Source: an uncultured Bacteroidales bacterium
Lineage (GTDB): Bacteria; Bacteroidota; Bacteroidia; Bacteroidales; JAGOPY01
NCBI GenBank assembly: GCA_964567785.1
Contig: CAZMOK010000011.1
Coordinates: forward strand, 657-64,656
Direction of reading: 5' to 3'
Length of the DNA stretch: 64,000 bases
How positions within the stretch are numbered: position 1 is the stretch's first letter; each line of letters starts with the position of its first letter. Positions 8,456-18,500 of the stretch are shown here, in pieces. The notes beneath the pieces are model-generated. The model saw only the letters and a program-made list of their open reading frames with translations. It did not search any database and had not been told where the DNA came from. The position numbers and the translations under genes were made by a program.

Positions 8456-9883
8456 ATGGAAATGGAAAATCTTGTAATTGACAAAGAACTGAAATACAAA
8501 GTAAAAGATATCGGCCTTGCCGAACAGGGCAGGAAGGCCATTGAAATTGCCGAGAAAGAGATGCCGGGCCTGATGTCGATAAGGGAAAAATACGGTCCGC
8601 AAAAGCCCCTAAAGGAATCAAAAATTACAGGTTCACTTCATATGACTGTAGAAACCGCAGTACTTATAGAAACTCTTAAGGAACTTGGTGCTGATGTAAG
8701 ATGGGCGAGCTGTAACATATTTTCAACCCAGGATCATGCTGCCGCTGCCATTGCAAAGACCGGTACCCCTGTTTTTGCCTGGAAGGGCATGTCGCTCGAT
8801 GAGTACTGGTGGTGTACCTACCAGGCCCTTTCTTTTCCTGACGGCAAGGGCCCAAACCTGGTCGTGGATGATGGGGGAGATGCCACACTCATGCTTCACA
8901 CCGGATTCAAAGCCGAAAAAGATCCTTCCATGCTCAAAAAGGAGCCTGAAAGCCCTGATGAGGTTGCAATTTTTAAATTATTGCAGAGGATCTTTGTTGA
9001 AGATAAGAACAGGTTCGGGAATCTTACCGAAAGGTGGAAAGGTGTTTCGGAAGAAACCACAACCGGAAACCACCGGCTTTACCAGATGAAAGAGACCGGC
9101 GAGTTGCTGGTACCTGCCATAAACGTGAACGATTCGGTCACGAAATCTAAATTTGATAATCTTTACGGCTGTCGCGAATCCCTTGCCGATGGCATAAAAA
9201 GGGCAACGGACGTGATGATTGCAGGTAAAGTAGTTATTGTAATGGGCTATGGCGATGTTGGTAAAGGTTGTGCCAAGTCAATGCGCTCATATGGTGCCAG
9301 GGTGATCGTTACAGAGATCGATCCAATCTGTGCACTCCAGGCAGCCATGGAAGGCTTCGAGGTAACTACCCTGGAGGATGCCTTATCCGAAGGGAATATC
9401 TTCGTGACTGCAACCGGGAACAAAGATGTGATCAAAGTTGAGCACATGAAGCAGATGAAAGACGAATCCATTGTCTGCAATATCGGTCATTTCGATAACG
9501 AGATACAGGTGACAGGGCTTGACAAAGATCCTGAAATAAAGAGGGAAAACATCAAGCCGCAGGTCGACAGGTACCGTTTCAAAAACGGCAATTCCATCTA
9601 CATGCTGGCCGAAGGGCGCCTTGTAAACCTGGGATGTGCAACCGGCCATCCTTCTTTCGTGATGAGCAACTCTTTCTCGAACCAGGTGCTTGCACAGATG
9701 GACCTTTGGAACAATGAGTATGATATTGATGTTTACAGACTGCCCAAAAAGCTTGACGAGGAAGTTGCCCGCCTGCATCTTGAACATATAGGAGTAAAGC
9801 TCACCAAGATGTCTGATGATCAGTCTAAATATTTAGGCGTACCGAAAAATGGCCCGTTTAAGCCTGACCATTACAGGTACTAG
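8456..9883 (+). CDS. ahcY: adenosylhomocysteinase
   Basis: 475 aa. Motifs include [34 protein letters not shown], the NAD site [15 protein letters not shown], and a C-terminal PDHYRY. Confidence 0.95.
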   Translation: MEMENLVIDKELKYKVKDIGLAEQGRKAIEIAEKEMPGLMSIREKYGPQKPLKESKITGSLHMTVETAVLIETLKELGADVRWASCNIFSTQDHAAAAIAKTGTPVFAWKGMSLDEYWWCTYQALSFPDGKGPNLVVDDGGDATLMLHTGFKAEKDPSMLKKEPESPDEVAIFKLLQRIFVEDKNRFGNLTERWKGVSEETTTGNHRLYQMKETGELLVPAINVNDSVTKSKFDNLYGCRESLADGIKRATDVMIAGKVVIVMGYGDVGKGCAKSMRSYGARVIVTEIDPICALQAAMEGFEVTTLEDALSEGNIFVTATGNKDVIKVEHMKQMKDESIVCNIGHFDNEIQVTGLDKDPEIKRENIKPQVDRYRFKNGNSIYMLAEGRLVNLGCATGHPSFVMSNSFSNQVLAQMDLWNNEYDIDVYRLPKKLDEEVARLHLEHIGVKLTKMSDDQSKYLGVPKNGPFKPDHYRY

Positions 9884-9900
9884 GATTATCTTTCTTAAGA

Positions 9901-10377
9901 TCAGTTGAAGATATACAGACGGTTTCCGTCGTACTGTGTCTGGTATTGCAACAGCGGGTATGGGGAGTCACCTTCCGTAACCGACCCGTCTATCAGGAGG
10001 AACTTGGTTTCTGTACATGTATCGAATACAAACGGGTAATAGTTTTCTACTATAAGGTGCGTGCAAACGTTCTGGTAGCAGCACTTGTTCCATTCATAAG
10101 GAGGTGTCCTTTCAAAAGCGACAAACTGGTCATTCGTCCACCGGTAAACGATAATGCCCCTGCTGGGAGGGTCAATGCCCTCGCTATAGCCAAGGTACAT
10201 CCATCCACCCACAACATTCAACTGCTGGTATATAGTGGAATTCGGATCAATGACCACGTTTATGTTGAATTCAGGAAAATCAGGGGGAAGCTCCCTGTTT
10301 TTCTTACAGCTTGAGGAAAAGATCAAATAAGCTGTGATGAATGCCGAAAGAAATATGAAAAGTATCCTCTTGCTCAT
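9901..10377 (-). CDS. lipoprotein with degenerate Rieske-like fold
   Basis: 158 aa with lipobox-type signal LIFSSSC. The C-terminal half follows the Rieske-domain layout (GG..Y.....GIIVYR...FVAFER..C-T-H ... C-T-E-T-K-F...DG....G..P.LL.Y...DGNRLYI), but the second His ligand is missing. Confidence 0.4.
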   Translation of the reverse strand: MSKRILFIFLSAFITAYLIFSSSCKKNRELPPDFPEFNINVVIDPNSTIYQQLNVVGGWMYLGYSEGIDPPSRGIIVYRWTNDQFVAFERTPPYEWNKCCYQNVCTHLIVENYYPFVFDTCTETKFLLIDGSVTEGDSPYPLLQYQTQYDGNRLYIFN

Positions 10378-10394
10378 TCAATAATATTATACTG

Positions 10395-10402
10395 CAAAGG
10401 TA
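10395..10402 (-). promoter_or_regulatory. Bacteroidota sigma-A -7 box TACCTTTG
   Basis: Matches TAnnTTTG on the minus strand, 17 nt upstream of ATG 10377. Confidence 0.4.
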
Positions 10403-10507
10403 AACGTTCCATTATTATCGAAATTGCTGACCAATTAGTTTCATCTGTTTTTTTGACTTATTAAATAAGGATTTATTCAACAGTGATTAGTAACTTCGTT
10501 GCACTGT

Positions 10508-10771
10508 ATGAGAAAACTGTTCCGACATTTGCTGATATCTTCGCTGCTGGTGCTTTCATTGCTTGCCCTGTTATCATGCAGTAATCATACATCAAAGGCC
10601 CAGCGACAAGTTGAGAAGGAAATGCTGCGGGCCGAAAAGGAAGCGGACAGGCTTTATCAGAAAGAACTCAAAAAGCATTTTGAGCTGCAGTCAAAATCCA
10701 CCAGGAAAATGATGAAGCAGGCAAAGAAACGAGCTAAGAAGCTTAACAGATCCCTCAGAAGAAATAAATAA
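10508..10771 (+). CDS. small lysine-rich lipoprotein
   Basis: The track ORF starts at TTG 10499. The first ATG at 10508 gives MRKLFRHLLISSLLVLSLLALLSC (lipobox), followed by a charged helical tail. It lies 11 nt upstream of the sensor kinase gene. Confidence 0.5.
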   Translation: MRKLFRHLLISSLLVLSLLALLSCSNHTSKAQRQVEKEMLRAEKEADRLYQKELKKHFELQSKSTRKMMKQAKKRAKKLNRSLRRNK

Positions 10772-10782
10772 ACACCTGCCAT

Positions 10783-13700
10783 ATGAAAAAGATCACTGCG
10801 ATCTGCCTGCTATCTCTCTTTACCAGTTTCTCATTACCAAGCCAGGAAAAGGCTACCATCAAATTCGACCGTATCACTACCGAGAACATTATTGTTCAGA
10901 AAGGGTTGTCGCAGAACTCAGGATATGCCATCCTTCAGGATAAAAGAGGCTTCATGTGGTTCGGTACATGGGACGGGCTGAACAGGTACGATGGGTATGA
11001 GTTCATAGAGTATGATGTGGAGAGTGGTTTGAGCCATAATACAATAAGGGACCTGTATGAAGATGACAACGGTTATCTCTGGATTGCAACTGAAGGAGGG
11101 CTCGACAGGCTCGATATGGAAACGGGTGAAATTGTGATCTATAGAAAGGACATTACTGTGCCCAATTCTTTGAGCGACAGCTATATTCTTGACATCAACC
11201 CCCAGGGGGACGTTCTTTGGATATCCACCGCGAATGGTCTTAATAAATATAATATGGAGACCGGCACCTTTAAGAGGATCAAATTTTACGACGGTGAGGG
11301 AGATCCGGATATGGCCAGCTATATTAACAGGACCTATTCCGACAGATCAGGGAACCTTTGGATCGCAACGAGATATGGCCTTCACAAGTATGATCTTCTG
11401 GAGGACGAATATCATCCCTTCTACCACGACCCTGCCGATAAGAGGAGCCTTTCATCAAATAATGTAAATGATGTCCTTGAAGACAGTGAAGGCAATATCT
11501 GGATCGGAACGGCCAATGGTCTCAATAAAATGGAGCCTGATAGCGATGGTTTTGTCAGGTATATGAATGATAAGAAAGATGCGGAAAGCCTGAGTGACAA
11601 CCATGTGAGTGTCCTGTATGAAGACAATAAGGGCCACATTTGGGTAGGCACCTCAAATATGCTCAACATATTGGATCCTGAAACCGGGAAGTTCAGAAGG
11701 CTGATGAACAGGATGAGCAGTGTGAGCCTGAGCAACAACAACATCCTTTCGATCTATGAAGATCCTTCAGGAACGATCTGGGTCGGGACCTACAAAGGGA
11801 TCAACAAAGTTGACAAGAACTCGAGCCGTTTTCCTCACTACAGCCATATACCCGATGATCCGTCAAGCCTTTCAAATAATATTGTTTATGCGATAAACGA
11901 ATGTTCCGATGACAATCTTTGGGTTGGCACATACGGTGGCCTTAATATAATGGACCGCGCCAGGGAAGAATTCACTGTTCTTGAACACCGGCCTGATGAC
12001 CCGAACAGTATCGCCAGCAATAAGATAAGGGCTATCGTTGAAGATCCCGGTGGTGTTATTTGGATAGGGTTTGAAAATTCGGGCCTCGATTCTTATAATA
12101 AGGAGACAGGAGAATTCACTCATTACAGTTATTCGCCCGATGATACCAACAGCCTTATTGATAACAGGATCGTTGCGATGGAATCGGATAATTCTGGAAG
12201 GATCTGGATAGGGACAAGGTCAGGCCTGAACGTTTTCGACCCTGAAACCGGTATTCATAATCACATAACCTTTCAGCCCGGAGATACTGCCTCCCTGGTA
12301 AGCCCGGTTGTGCTGGGGGTCTATCTCAACAGTAAGGAAGATATGTGGGTCGGGACCGATTACGGGGTCCATGTTTTTGATATGGAGCTCAACCGGATTG
12401 AATCATTTTATCCCCAACCGGATAACCCGAAAGCTTTAAAAGGCAGCAGGATAATGTTCATAGGTGAAGACGCGGATGGCTACTACTGGCTCGGGACTAT
12501 TGGTTCAGGGCTGAGCCGCTACGACCCTTTGACGGGAGAATTCAGGAATTTCGGGGAGAACGAGGGCCTGCCCAATAATGTCGTATATGCTGCATTGGAT
12601 GATGGAAACGGCTTTCTCTGGATTACTACAAATAAAGGTCTTGCAAAGTTCGACAAGAGGAATGAAAGCTTTGTTGTATATGATGCCAAGGATGGGATCC
12701 AGGGGAATGAGTTCAATGCAGGTGCTTACCATCAGAATGAACAGGGAGAGCTGTTTTTTGGCGGTATGAATGGCCTTAATGCCTTCCGCCCTGAAGACAT
12801 CAGGGTCAACAAATCAATCCCCAGGCTTGTGATCACAGAAGTAAGGGTATTCAATGAAGCTCTCAAGGGCCCTTTTTATGATGGTGATACTATTTTTCTC
12901 AGCTATCGCGATAATTTTTTCTCGATAAAGTTTGCTGCCCTGGAGTATACAAATCCCTCCAAGAATATATTCCGGTATAAGCTTGAGAATTATGACAAAG
13001 ACTGGATAACTGCAAAAGCCAACCGCAGGGTAGCGGAATACAAGAAAGTTTCGTCGGGCAGTTATACTTTCAGGTTAATAGGAGCCAATAATGATGGTAT
13101 CTGGAACCAGGAGGGCATTACCCTGAACCTCGTGATAAGACCTCCATGGTGGGAAACCTGGGCTTTCAGGATACTCTTCGCAATAGTGATCATCTTTTCT
13201 TTCTGGATTATCATATACAGCCGCTTTAAAACACTCAAGAAGAAGCATGATGTGGAAAAGAAAATGCTCAACATTGAAAAGGAAATGTTTGAAATAGAGC
13301 AGAAAGCACTGAGACTTCAGATGAACCCCCATTTCATTTTCAATTCACTCAATGCCATACAGAGTTTTGTAATAGCTAATGATACCGACAAAGCCATTGC
13401 CTATTTGGCAAAATTCTCTCACCTGATGAGAATGATACTGGCCAATTCGAGCGAAGCTTACATCCCTCTTAAGGATGAACTAAAAGCCGTACAGTATTAT
13501 ATAGACCTTGAAAAGCTCAGGTTCGATGATAAATTCGAATACGAGATCTCGGTTGAAGATGATATCGATGAGGAGTTCATTGAGATCCCCCCGATGATCC
13601 TGCAGCCTTATGTGGAAAATGCCATAATACACGGGCTGATCCATGCCGAAAAGAAAGGACAGCTTGAAATAATAGTGAGCCTGGAGAAAAAGTCGATGAA

Positions 13701-13929
13701 ATGCCTTATCCAGGACAACGGTATAGGACGTGAAAAGGCCAATGAACTGAGAGAGCAGTCGGGCATAAAAAGACAGCCCAGGGGTATGATGATAACACGT
13801 GAACGCCTGGATATATTAAAGAACCAGTACAAAGAAGATTTTGGTGTTAAGATCATAGACCTGAAGGATAAGAAAGGCCGGCCGGCCGGTACGCGGGTGG
13901 AAATTACCTTCCACTACTTTGAGGCATAG
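10783..13929 (+). CDS. sensor histidine kinase: periplasmic two-component-regulator propeller repeats + Y_Y_Y, LytS/YehU-type kinase core
   Basis: 1048 aa with a signal peptide. There are more than 10 repeats of the W[IV]GT..GLN.[YF] propeller motif and one TM helix (WAFRILFAIVIIFSFWIIIY). The His_kinase block LQMNPHFIFNSLNAIQSF and an HATPase region (LIQDNGIG) follow. Confidence 0.85.
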   Translation: MKKITAICLLSLFTSFSLPSQEKATIKFDRITTENIIVQKGLSQNSGYAILQDKRGFMWFGTWDGLNRYDGYEFIEYDVESGLSHNTIRDLYEDDNGYLWIATEGGLDRLDMETGEIVIYRKDITVPNSLSDSYILDINPQGDVLWISTANGLNKYNMETGTFKRIKFYDGEGDPDMASYINRTYSDRSGNLWIATRYGLHKYDLLEDEYHPFYHDPADKRSLSSNNVNDVLEDSEGNIWIGTANGLNKMEPDSDGFVRYMNDKKDAESLSDNHVSVLYEDNKGHIWVGTSNMLNILDPETGKFRRLMNRMSSVSLSNNNILSIYEDPSGTIWVGTYKGINKVDKNSSRFPHYSHIPDDPSSLSNNIVYAINECSDDNLWVGTYGGLNIMDRAREEFTVLEHRPDDPNSIASNKIRAIVEDPGGVIWIGFENSGLDSYNKETGEFTHYSYSPDDTNSLIDNRIVAMESDNSGRIWIGTRSGLNVFDPETGIHNHITFQPGDTASLVSPVVLGVYLNSKEDMWVGTDYGVHVFDMELNRIESFYPQPDNPKALKGSRIMFIGEDADGYYWLGTIGSGLSRYDPLTGEFRNFGENEGLPNNVVYAALDDGNGFLWITTNKGLAKFDKRNESFVVYDAKDGIQGNEFNAGAYHQNEQGELFFGGMNGLNAFRPEDIRVNKSIPRLVITEVRVFNEALKGPFYDGDTIFLSYRDNFFSIKFAALEYTNPSKNIFRYKLENYDKDWITAKANRRVAEYKKVSSGSYTFRLIGANNDGIWNQEGITLNLVIRPPWWETWAFRILFAIVIIFSFWIIIYSRFKTLKKKHDVEKKMLNIEKEMFEIEQKALRLQMNPHFIFNSLNAIQSFVIANDTDKAIAYLAKFSHLMRMILANSSEAYIPLKDELKAVQYYIDLEKLRFDDKFEYEISVEDDIDEEFIEIPPMILQPYVENAIIHGLIHAEKKGQLEIIVSLEKKSMKCLIQDNGIGREKANELREQSGIKRQPRGMMITRERLDILKNQYKEDFGVKIIDLKDKKGRPAGTRVEITFHYFEA

Positions 13930-14077
13930 AATAAGCTATATATTGAATAACCGGCCTTTAGATAAATATTATCATTTTGCCCTGGGAATTGAGTTTGTTT
14001 TTTCTTAATTTAGCATAAGGCAAAAGGATTTCCGGGCTGGGATTTTCCCGTTTTTTGATAATTTACAGACGCAAAGA

Positions 14078-14827
14078 ATGATTACGGCTATCATTATAGA
14101 AGATGAGCAAAAGTCGGTGGATACGCTCAAAGGGCTCCTCTCAAGATATTGCCCCTCGGTAACTGTGTTAGATGTGGCAGGAGGGTATCGTGAGGGTATC
14201 GAAAAGATCAGGCTTCATAGCCCTGATGTTATCTTCCTGGATATCCAGATGCCTGATGGCAGCGGTTTTAAAGTGCTGGAAGAATTGAAAGAAATGAATT
14301 TTGACGTGATCTTTACAACTGCTTTCGATCAGTTTGCAATCAAAGCGATCAAATACAGCGCCCTTGACTACCTGTTAAAACCAATTGATCCGCAAGAGCT
14401 TATGGAGGCGGTCAAAAAAGTCGATTCCAAAAAACGCACCTCCGATAAGAACAAGAGTATTGAAGCGCTGCTCGACAATATCAAGTCACCCGAAGAAGAT
14501 CCTCACAAAATAGTGCTTTCCACATCTGAGAAGATCCACATAATAGATGTAAAAGATATTGTAAGGTGTGAATCGGATAACTATTACACTCATTTCTATT
14601 TTACTGACGGTTCAAAGCTCCTTGTTTCGAAAACGCTGAAAGAGAACGAAGAACTGCTCAGTAACCACAACTTCATCAGGCCTCATAAGTCGCACCTGAT
14701 AAATGCCGGCTACATCAAGAGCTTTGTGAAACAGGATGGCGGTTACATTATAATGGATGACGGCAGCAAGATCCCTGTTTCGAGAAGGAAAAAAGAAAAG
14801 ATTATGGAAATCCTGATGAATTTATAA
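14078..14827 (+). CDS. LytTR-family DNA-binding response regulator
   Basis: 249 aa. The receiver domain is marked by IIEDE, DVIFLDIQMPDGSG and LDYLLKP. The C-terminal LytTR domain is marked by IVRCESDNYYTHFYF and RPHKSHLIN. Confidence 0.9.
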   Translation: MITAIIIEDEQKSVDTLKGLLSRYCPSVTVLDVAGGYREGIEKIRLHSPDVIFLDIQMPDGSGFKVLEELKEMNFDVIFTTAFDQFAIKAIKYSALDYLLKPIDPQELMEAVKKVDSKKRTSDKNKSIEALLDNIKSPEEDPHKIVLSTSEKIHIIDVKDIVRCESDNYYTHFYFTDGSKLLVSKTLKENEELLSNHNFIRPHKSHLINAGYIKSFVKQDGGYIIMDDGSKIPVSRRKKEKIMEILMNL

Positions 14828-14850
14828 AGATTCTACATAACACCCTGAAA

Positions 14851-14889
14851 GCCGTAAACTGATTGACTTTTGCCGTAAACTTGTTGATC
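14851..14889. promoter_or_regulatory. pair of direct repeats, candidate LytTR response-regulator binding site
   Basis: The repeats are GCCGTAAACTGATTGAC (14851-14867) and GCCGTAAACTTGTTGATC (14872-14889), with a 10/10 identical core and a 21-bp register. On the minus strand the cores read TCAGTTTAC and CAAGTTTAC, against the LytTR consensus [TA][AC][CA]GTTN[AG][TG]. Confidence 0.4.
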
Positions 14890-14913
14890 AGCCCCTTCCC
14901 ATTTTTAATATAT

Positions 14914-14921
14914 TACTTTTA
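14914..14921 (+). promoter_or_regulatory. degenerate Bacteroidota -7 box (TACTTTTA)
   Basis: It lies 24 nt upstream of ATG 14946, the same spacing as the perfect TAnnTTTG boxes elsewhere in the window. The last base is A instead of G. Confidence 0.3.
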
Positions 14922-14945
14922 TCTTTAGGCCTCAAAACCTAAAGC

Positions 14946-15446
14946 ATGGATGATCTTATATATTTATTACTGTTCCTTGCCTGGGCTGCATTTGCCTTTT
15001 ACAGGAACAGCCAGAAGAAAAAGCAAAGAGAGGCCCAGAGGACAAGAGCCGCTCAACAGCAGCCTGATCCAGAAGAGAATCAGGAAGAGGGAAGCCCGGG
15101 TTCTTTGCTCGAGGAAATCCTGCTGGGAGAACAGGAAGAGAGAACTATTGAGGAACCATATTTTGAATCGGAAAGTCCGGAAAGTGAAAGCCGGATCTAT
15201 ACCGAGACACCCGGAGCAGAAGAAGAAAATGTGCCGGTGGATTTTGATGACGAGTATAATCAGAGAGGTGTTACCTCGGTTGAGGAGCTCGATTTGGAAA
15301 ACGGTGAAGTCGAATCAGATAAGGATGAAAAAGCCAGCAGAAATCTTCAGGTGGTCGCATTTGAAGAAGACCAAAACGAGGCTTTCGAGTTTGATCTCCG
15401 AACAGCTGTGATATATTCTGAAATCCTTAATCCTCGCTACTTTTAG
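14946..15446 (+). CDS. membrane-anchored acidic protein, unknown function
   Basis: 166 aa. It has an N-terminal TM helix (LIYLLLFLAWAAFAFY), a basic patch, and a long Glu/Asp-rich region. The conserved-looking C-terminus is FDLRTAVIYSEILNPRYF. Confidence 0.55.
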   Translation: MDDLIYLLLFLAWAAFAFYRNSQKKKQREAQRTRAAQQQPDPEENQEEGSPGSLLEEILLGEQEERTIEEPYFESESPESESRIYTETPGAEEENVPVDFDDEYNQRGVTSVEELDLENGEVESDKDEKASRNLQVVAFEEDQNEAFEFDLRTAVIYSEILNPRYF

Positions 15447-15478
15447 AAGTATTTAGGGTTTGTTAAATTATTGTTAAT

Positions 15479-15486
15479 TATATTTG
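15479..15486 (+). promoter_or_regulatory. Bacteroidota sigma-A -7 box TATATTTG
   Basis: Matches TAnnTTTG, 77 nt upstream of the TonB-receptor ATG 15564. It is a possible internal promoter of the module. Confidence 0.35.
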
Positions 15487-15563
15487 GAGATTAAATTTTT
15501 TTATTTATAACTTTACCGACTTCAAACTTGCGCAGTGTTTAACCTAACATAAATTTTGTGGGT

Positions 15564-18500
15564 ATGTTAAGAAATTTACTTTTAACTACTGGATTTGTAC
15601 TTTTATCCTGCCTTTACGCTTTTTCTCAACAGGGAGCACTTCAAGGAAAAATAACTGATAAAGAAACCGGAGAGCCACTTCCCTTCGTCAACATAGTTGT
15701 TGAAGTGGGGGGCACCCAGATGGGTGGTGCATCATCCGACTTTGATGGTAAGTATGTCATCAAACCCCTGCCCCCGGGCAGGTATGACGTAAAAGCCACT
15801 TATGTTGGGTATAAGCCATTGCTTATCAGGGGTGTTGGTATTGCAGCCGACAAGATCACTTTCTACGACATCCAGATGGAGTCGACTGCCCAGACCCTGG
15901 AAACTTTTGAGGTAGTGGATTATAAAGTGCCTCTTATTTCGAAGGACCAGACCACCTCTGGTGGATCGGTTACCTCAGAGCAGATCGCCAAGATGCCGAA
16001 CCGTAATGCCAACTCAATAGCCACAACCGTTGGTGGTGTATTCTCACGCGACGGTGAGCGAGGCCGTGTGAGAGGTGCCCGTAGTGATGCCACCGTTATG
16101 TTTATCGATGGTATCAGGGTTAGAGGTTCCTCAAACCTGCCGGCCCAGGCCATCGAGCAGGTGGATGTGGTTTTGGGTGGGGTGCCCGCCCAATACGGGG
16201 ATGCCACGGGTGGTATTATCAACGTAACAACCAAAGGACCCTCAAGGAAGTTTGGAATGGGGGTAGAAGTAGAATCATCTCAGTTCCTCGATGCCTTTGG
16301 ATATAACAGGGTCGGGCTCAACCTTAACGGTCCGCTCTTTTCAAGGAAAGACGAGGAAGGAAACCGCACGACATCCCTCCTTGGATTCTTCCTTGCCGGC
16401 GATTTCACTTACCGCCGGGACAGCAGGCCTGTCATAAGCGATATATACAAGGTAAAGGATGATTCACTCAGGTTCCTTGAAAACAACCCCCTAAGACCAT
16501 CCGGTTTAGGCAGCGGAACATTCCCCAATGCAGCTTATACAACTTTTAACAGCCTTGAAAAGATAAATACTAACCAGAATACCCCTTCGTGGGAGGTTAA
16601 CCTTCAGGGTAAAATTGACGTAAGGACAACCGAAACCATTAACCTGACATTCGGTGGTAGCTATTACCACAGAGACAGGTATAACTGGAATTATTTCCAC
16701 TCATTGTACAATTACGACAAAAACGCCCATGATGTAGATAAGACCTGGAGGGTATTCGGTAAGTTTACACAGCGTTTCCCAACCAAGAGTGAGAGCGATG
16801 CCTTCGTAAAGAACTTCTACTACACTATACAGGCTGACTACACGAAGAATACCGGATACCAGGAAGATCCCGACCATAAGGACGATTACTTCAAGTACGG
16901 CTACCTGGGCAAATTCACAACCTATAAGACCCCTACTTATGAAACACGCCAGAACGATACAGTGAACGGACAAGCTATCCCCGAAGCTATTTACTTAAAT
17001 AGCTGGGACTTCGATACGCTGGTAACTTTTGATCCTTATGATTACAACGAGATCATTGCAAATTATACAACTTCTTATTACGACCTGTTTGACGATCCGT
17101 TCGGCAATTATCAGAACCTCGACCAGATACAGCTTGGTGGTGGCCTGGTCAACGGTCAGTCGCCCGGAAGCATATATGGCCTTTGGGGTGCCCCCGGAAC
17201 AATACAGACAGGTTACAGCCAGTATGATAATTCCCAGATCGGTATAAATGCCTCAGGTGCGGCCGACTTTGGAAATCATGAGCTTAAATTCGGTATTCAA
17301 TACGACCAGAGGATCGACAGGTTCTTTGCCTATGCCCCACAGCGTTTCTGGACACTCATGCGTCAGCTCACAAACTTCCATATCAGGGAGCTGGATATTG
17401 AAAATCCTTTCATCGTGCCCGGCTCAGATCTCGACACTGTAAAATATTACAGGAATTATGACCAGTTAACCCAAAGGACTTTCGACATCAACCTGAGGAA
17501 AAAGCTTGGACTGCCGGTCGATGGTGTCGATTTTATTGATATCGATTCCTATGATTATAACACCCACTCCATTAATTATTACGATAAGAACGGAAAATTG
17601 CACACTATAAATTATGGTGAGAATCTTTTCACCATAGATATGTTTAGCGCCGACGAACTCTGGAACGACGGTATTTCATCTTATACCAACTACAGGGGTT
17701 ATGATTATAAGGGTAATAAGCTTGAAGCCCGTCCGTCATTTGAAGACTTCTTTACGAAAACCGACGAGAATGGTGATTTTACCCGCGACATTGGCGCTTA
17801 TGAGCCTATTTATGTAGCCGGTTATATCCAGGATAAGTTCGCATTCCGTGACCTTATCTTTAATGTGGGTTTGAGGGTCGACAGGTTTGATGCCAACCAG
17901 ATGGTTCTCAAAGATCCTTACTTGCTTTACGAAGCCTACACCGCTGGTGAAGTTTCTGAAATAAGTGGTACACCTGTTGAACACCCCGATAACATCGGTG
18001 GTGACCATGTGGTTTATATAGATAACGTGAATAATCCCACCAGGGTGGTTGGTTATCGCAGTGAAGGAGTCTGGTTTAATGCTGCCGGTGATGAGATCCT
18101 TGATCCCAACGTGCTTGATGTAGGTTCAGGTATTTCACCTTACATAGTCGACCCGTCGATCGAAAGGCCAACCGTCGACGCATTCGAGGACTATGAACCA
18201 CAGTGGAACTGGATGCCGCGTATTTCATTCTCATTCCCGATCTCTGATGAGGCGCTGTTCTTTGCCCATTACGATGTTCTTACTCAGCGCCCGAGGGGCA
18301 ACATCTTTGCCAACCCGTCAACTTACTATTTCTTTGATAATATTTCAGGTACAATTAACAATCCGAACCTGAAACCGGAACAGACGATCGACTATGAGGT
18401 TGGTTTCCAGCAGAAGCTGACGAATACATCATCCCTTAAACTTGTTGCTTTCTACAGGGAGCAACGTGGGATGCTACAGATCTTCCGTTTCAATGGTGCT

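Noticed and set aside
8291-8602. A 103-aa minus-strand ORF spanning the PPTase/ahcY divergent promoter region.
   Set aside because: It covers AT-rich intergenic sequence and the 5' end of ahcY in antisense. The sequence is basic and low-complexity with no motif.
14031-14056. A weak hairpin (CGGG/CCCG or GGGA/TCCC, 4 bp) followed by T6, between the kinase and regulator genes, considered as an attenuator.
   Set aside because: The stem is only 4 bp and the pairings are ambiguous, which is too weak to call.
14950-15411. A 153-aa highly basic ORF overlapping the acidic protein gene in the +1 frame.
   Set aside because: It is an alternative reading of a GAA/AAG-rich tract. The acidic frame has a TM anchor, a conserved-looking C-terminus and correct promoter spacing.
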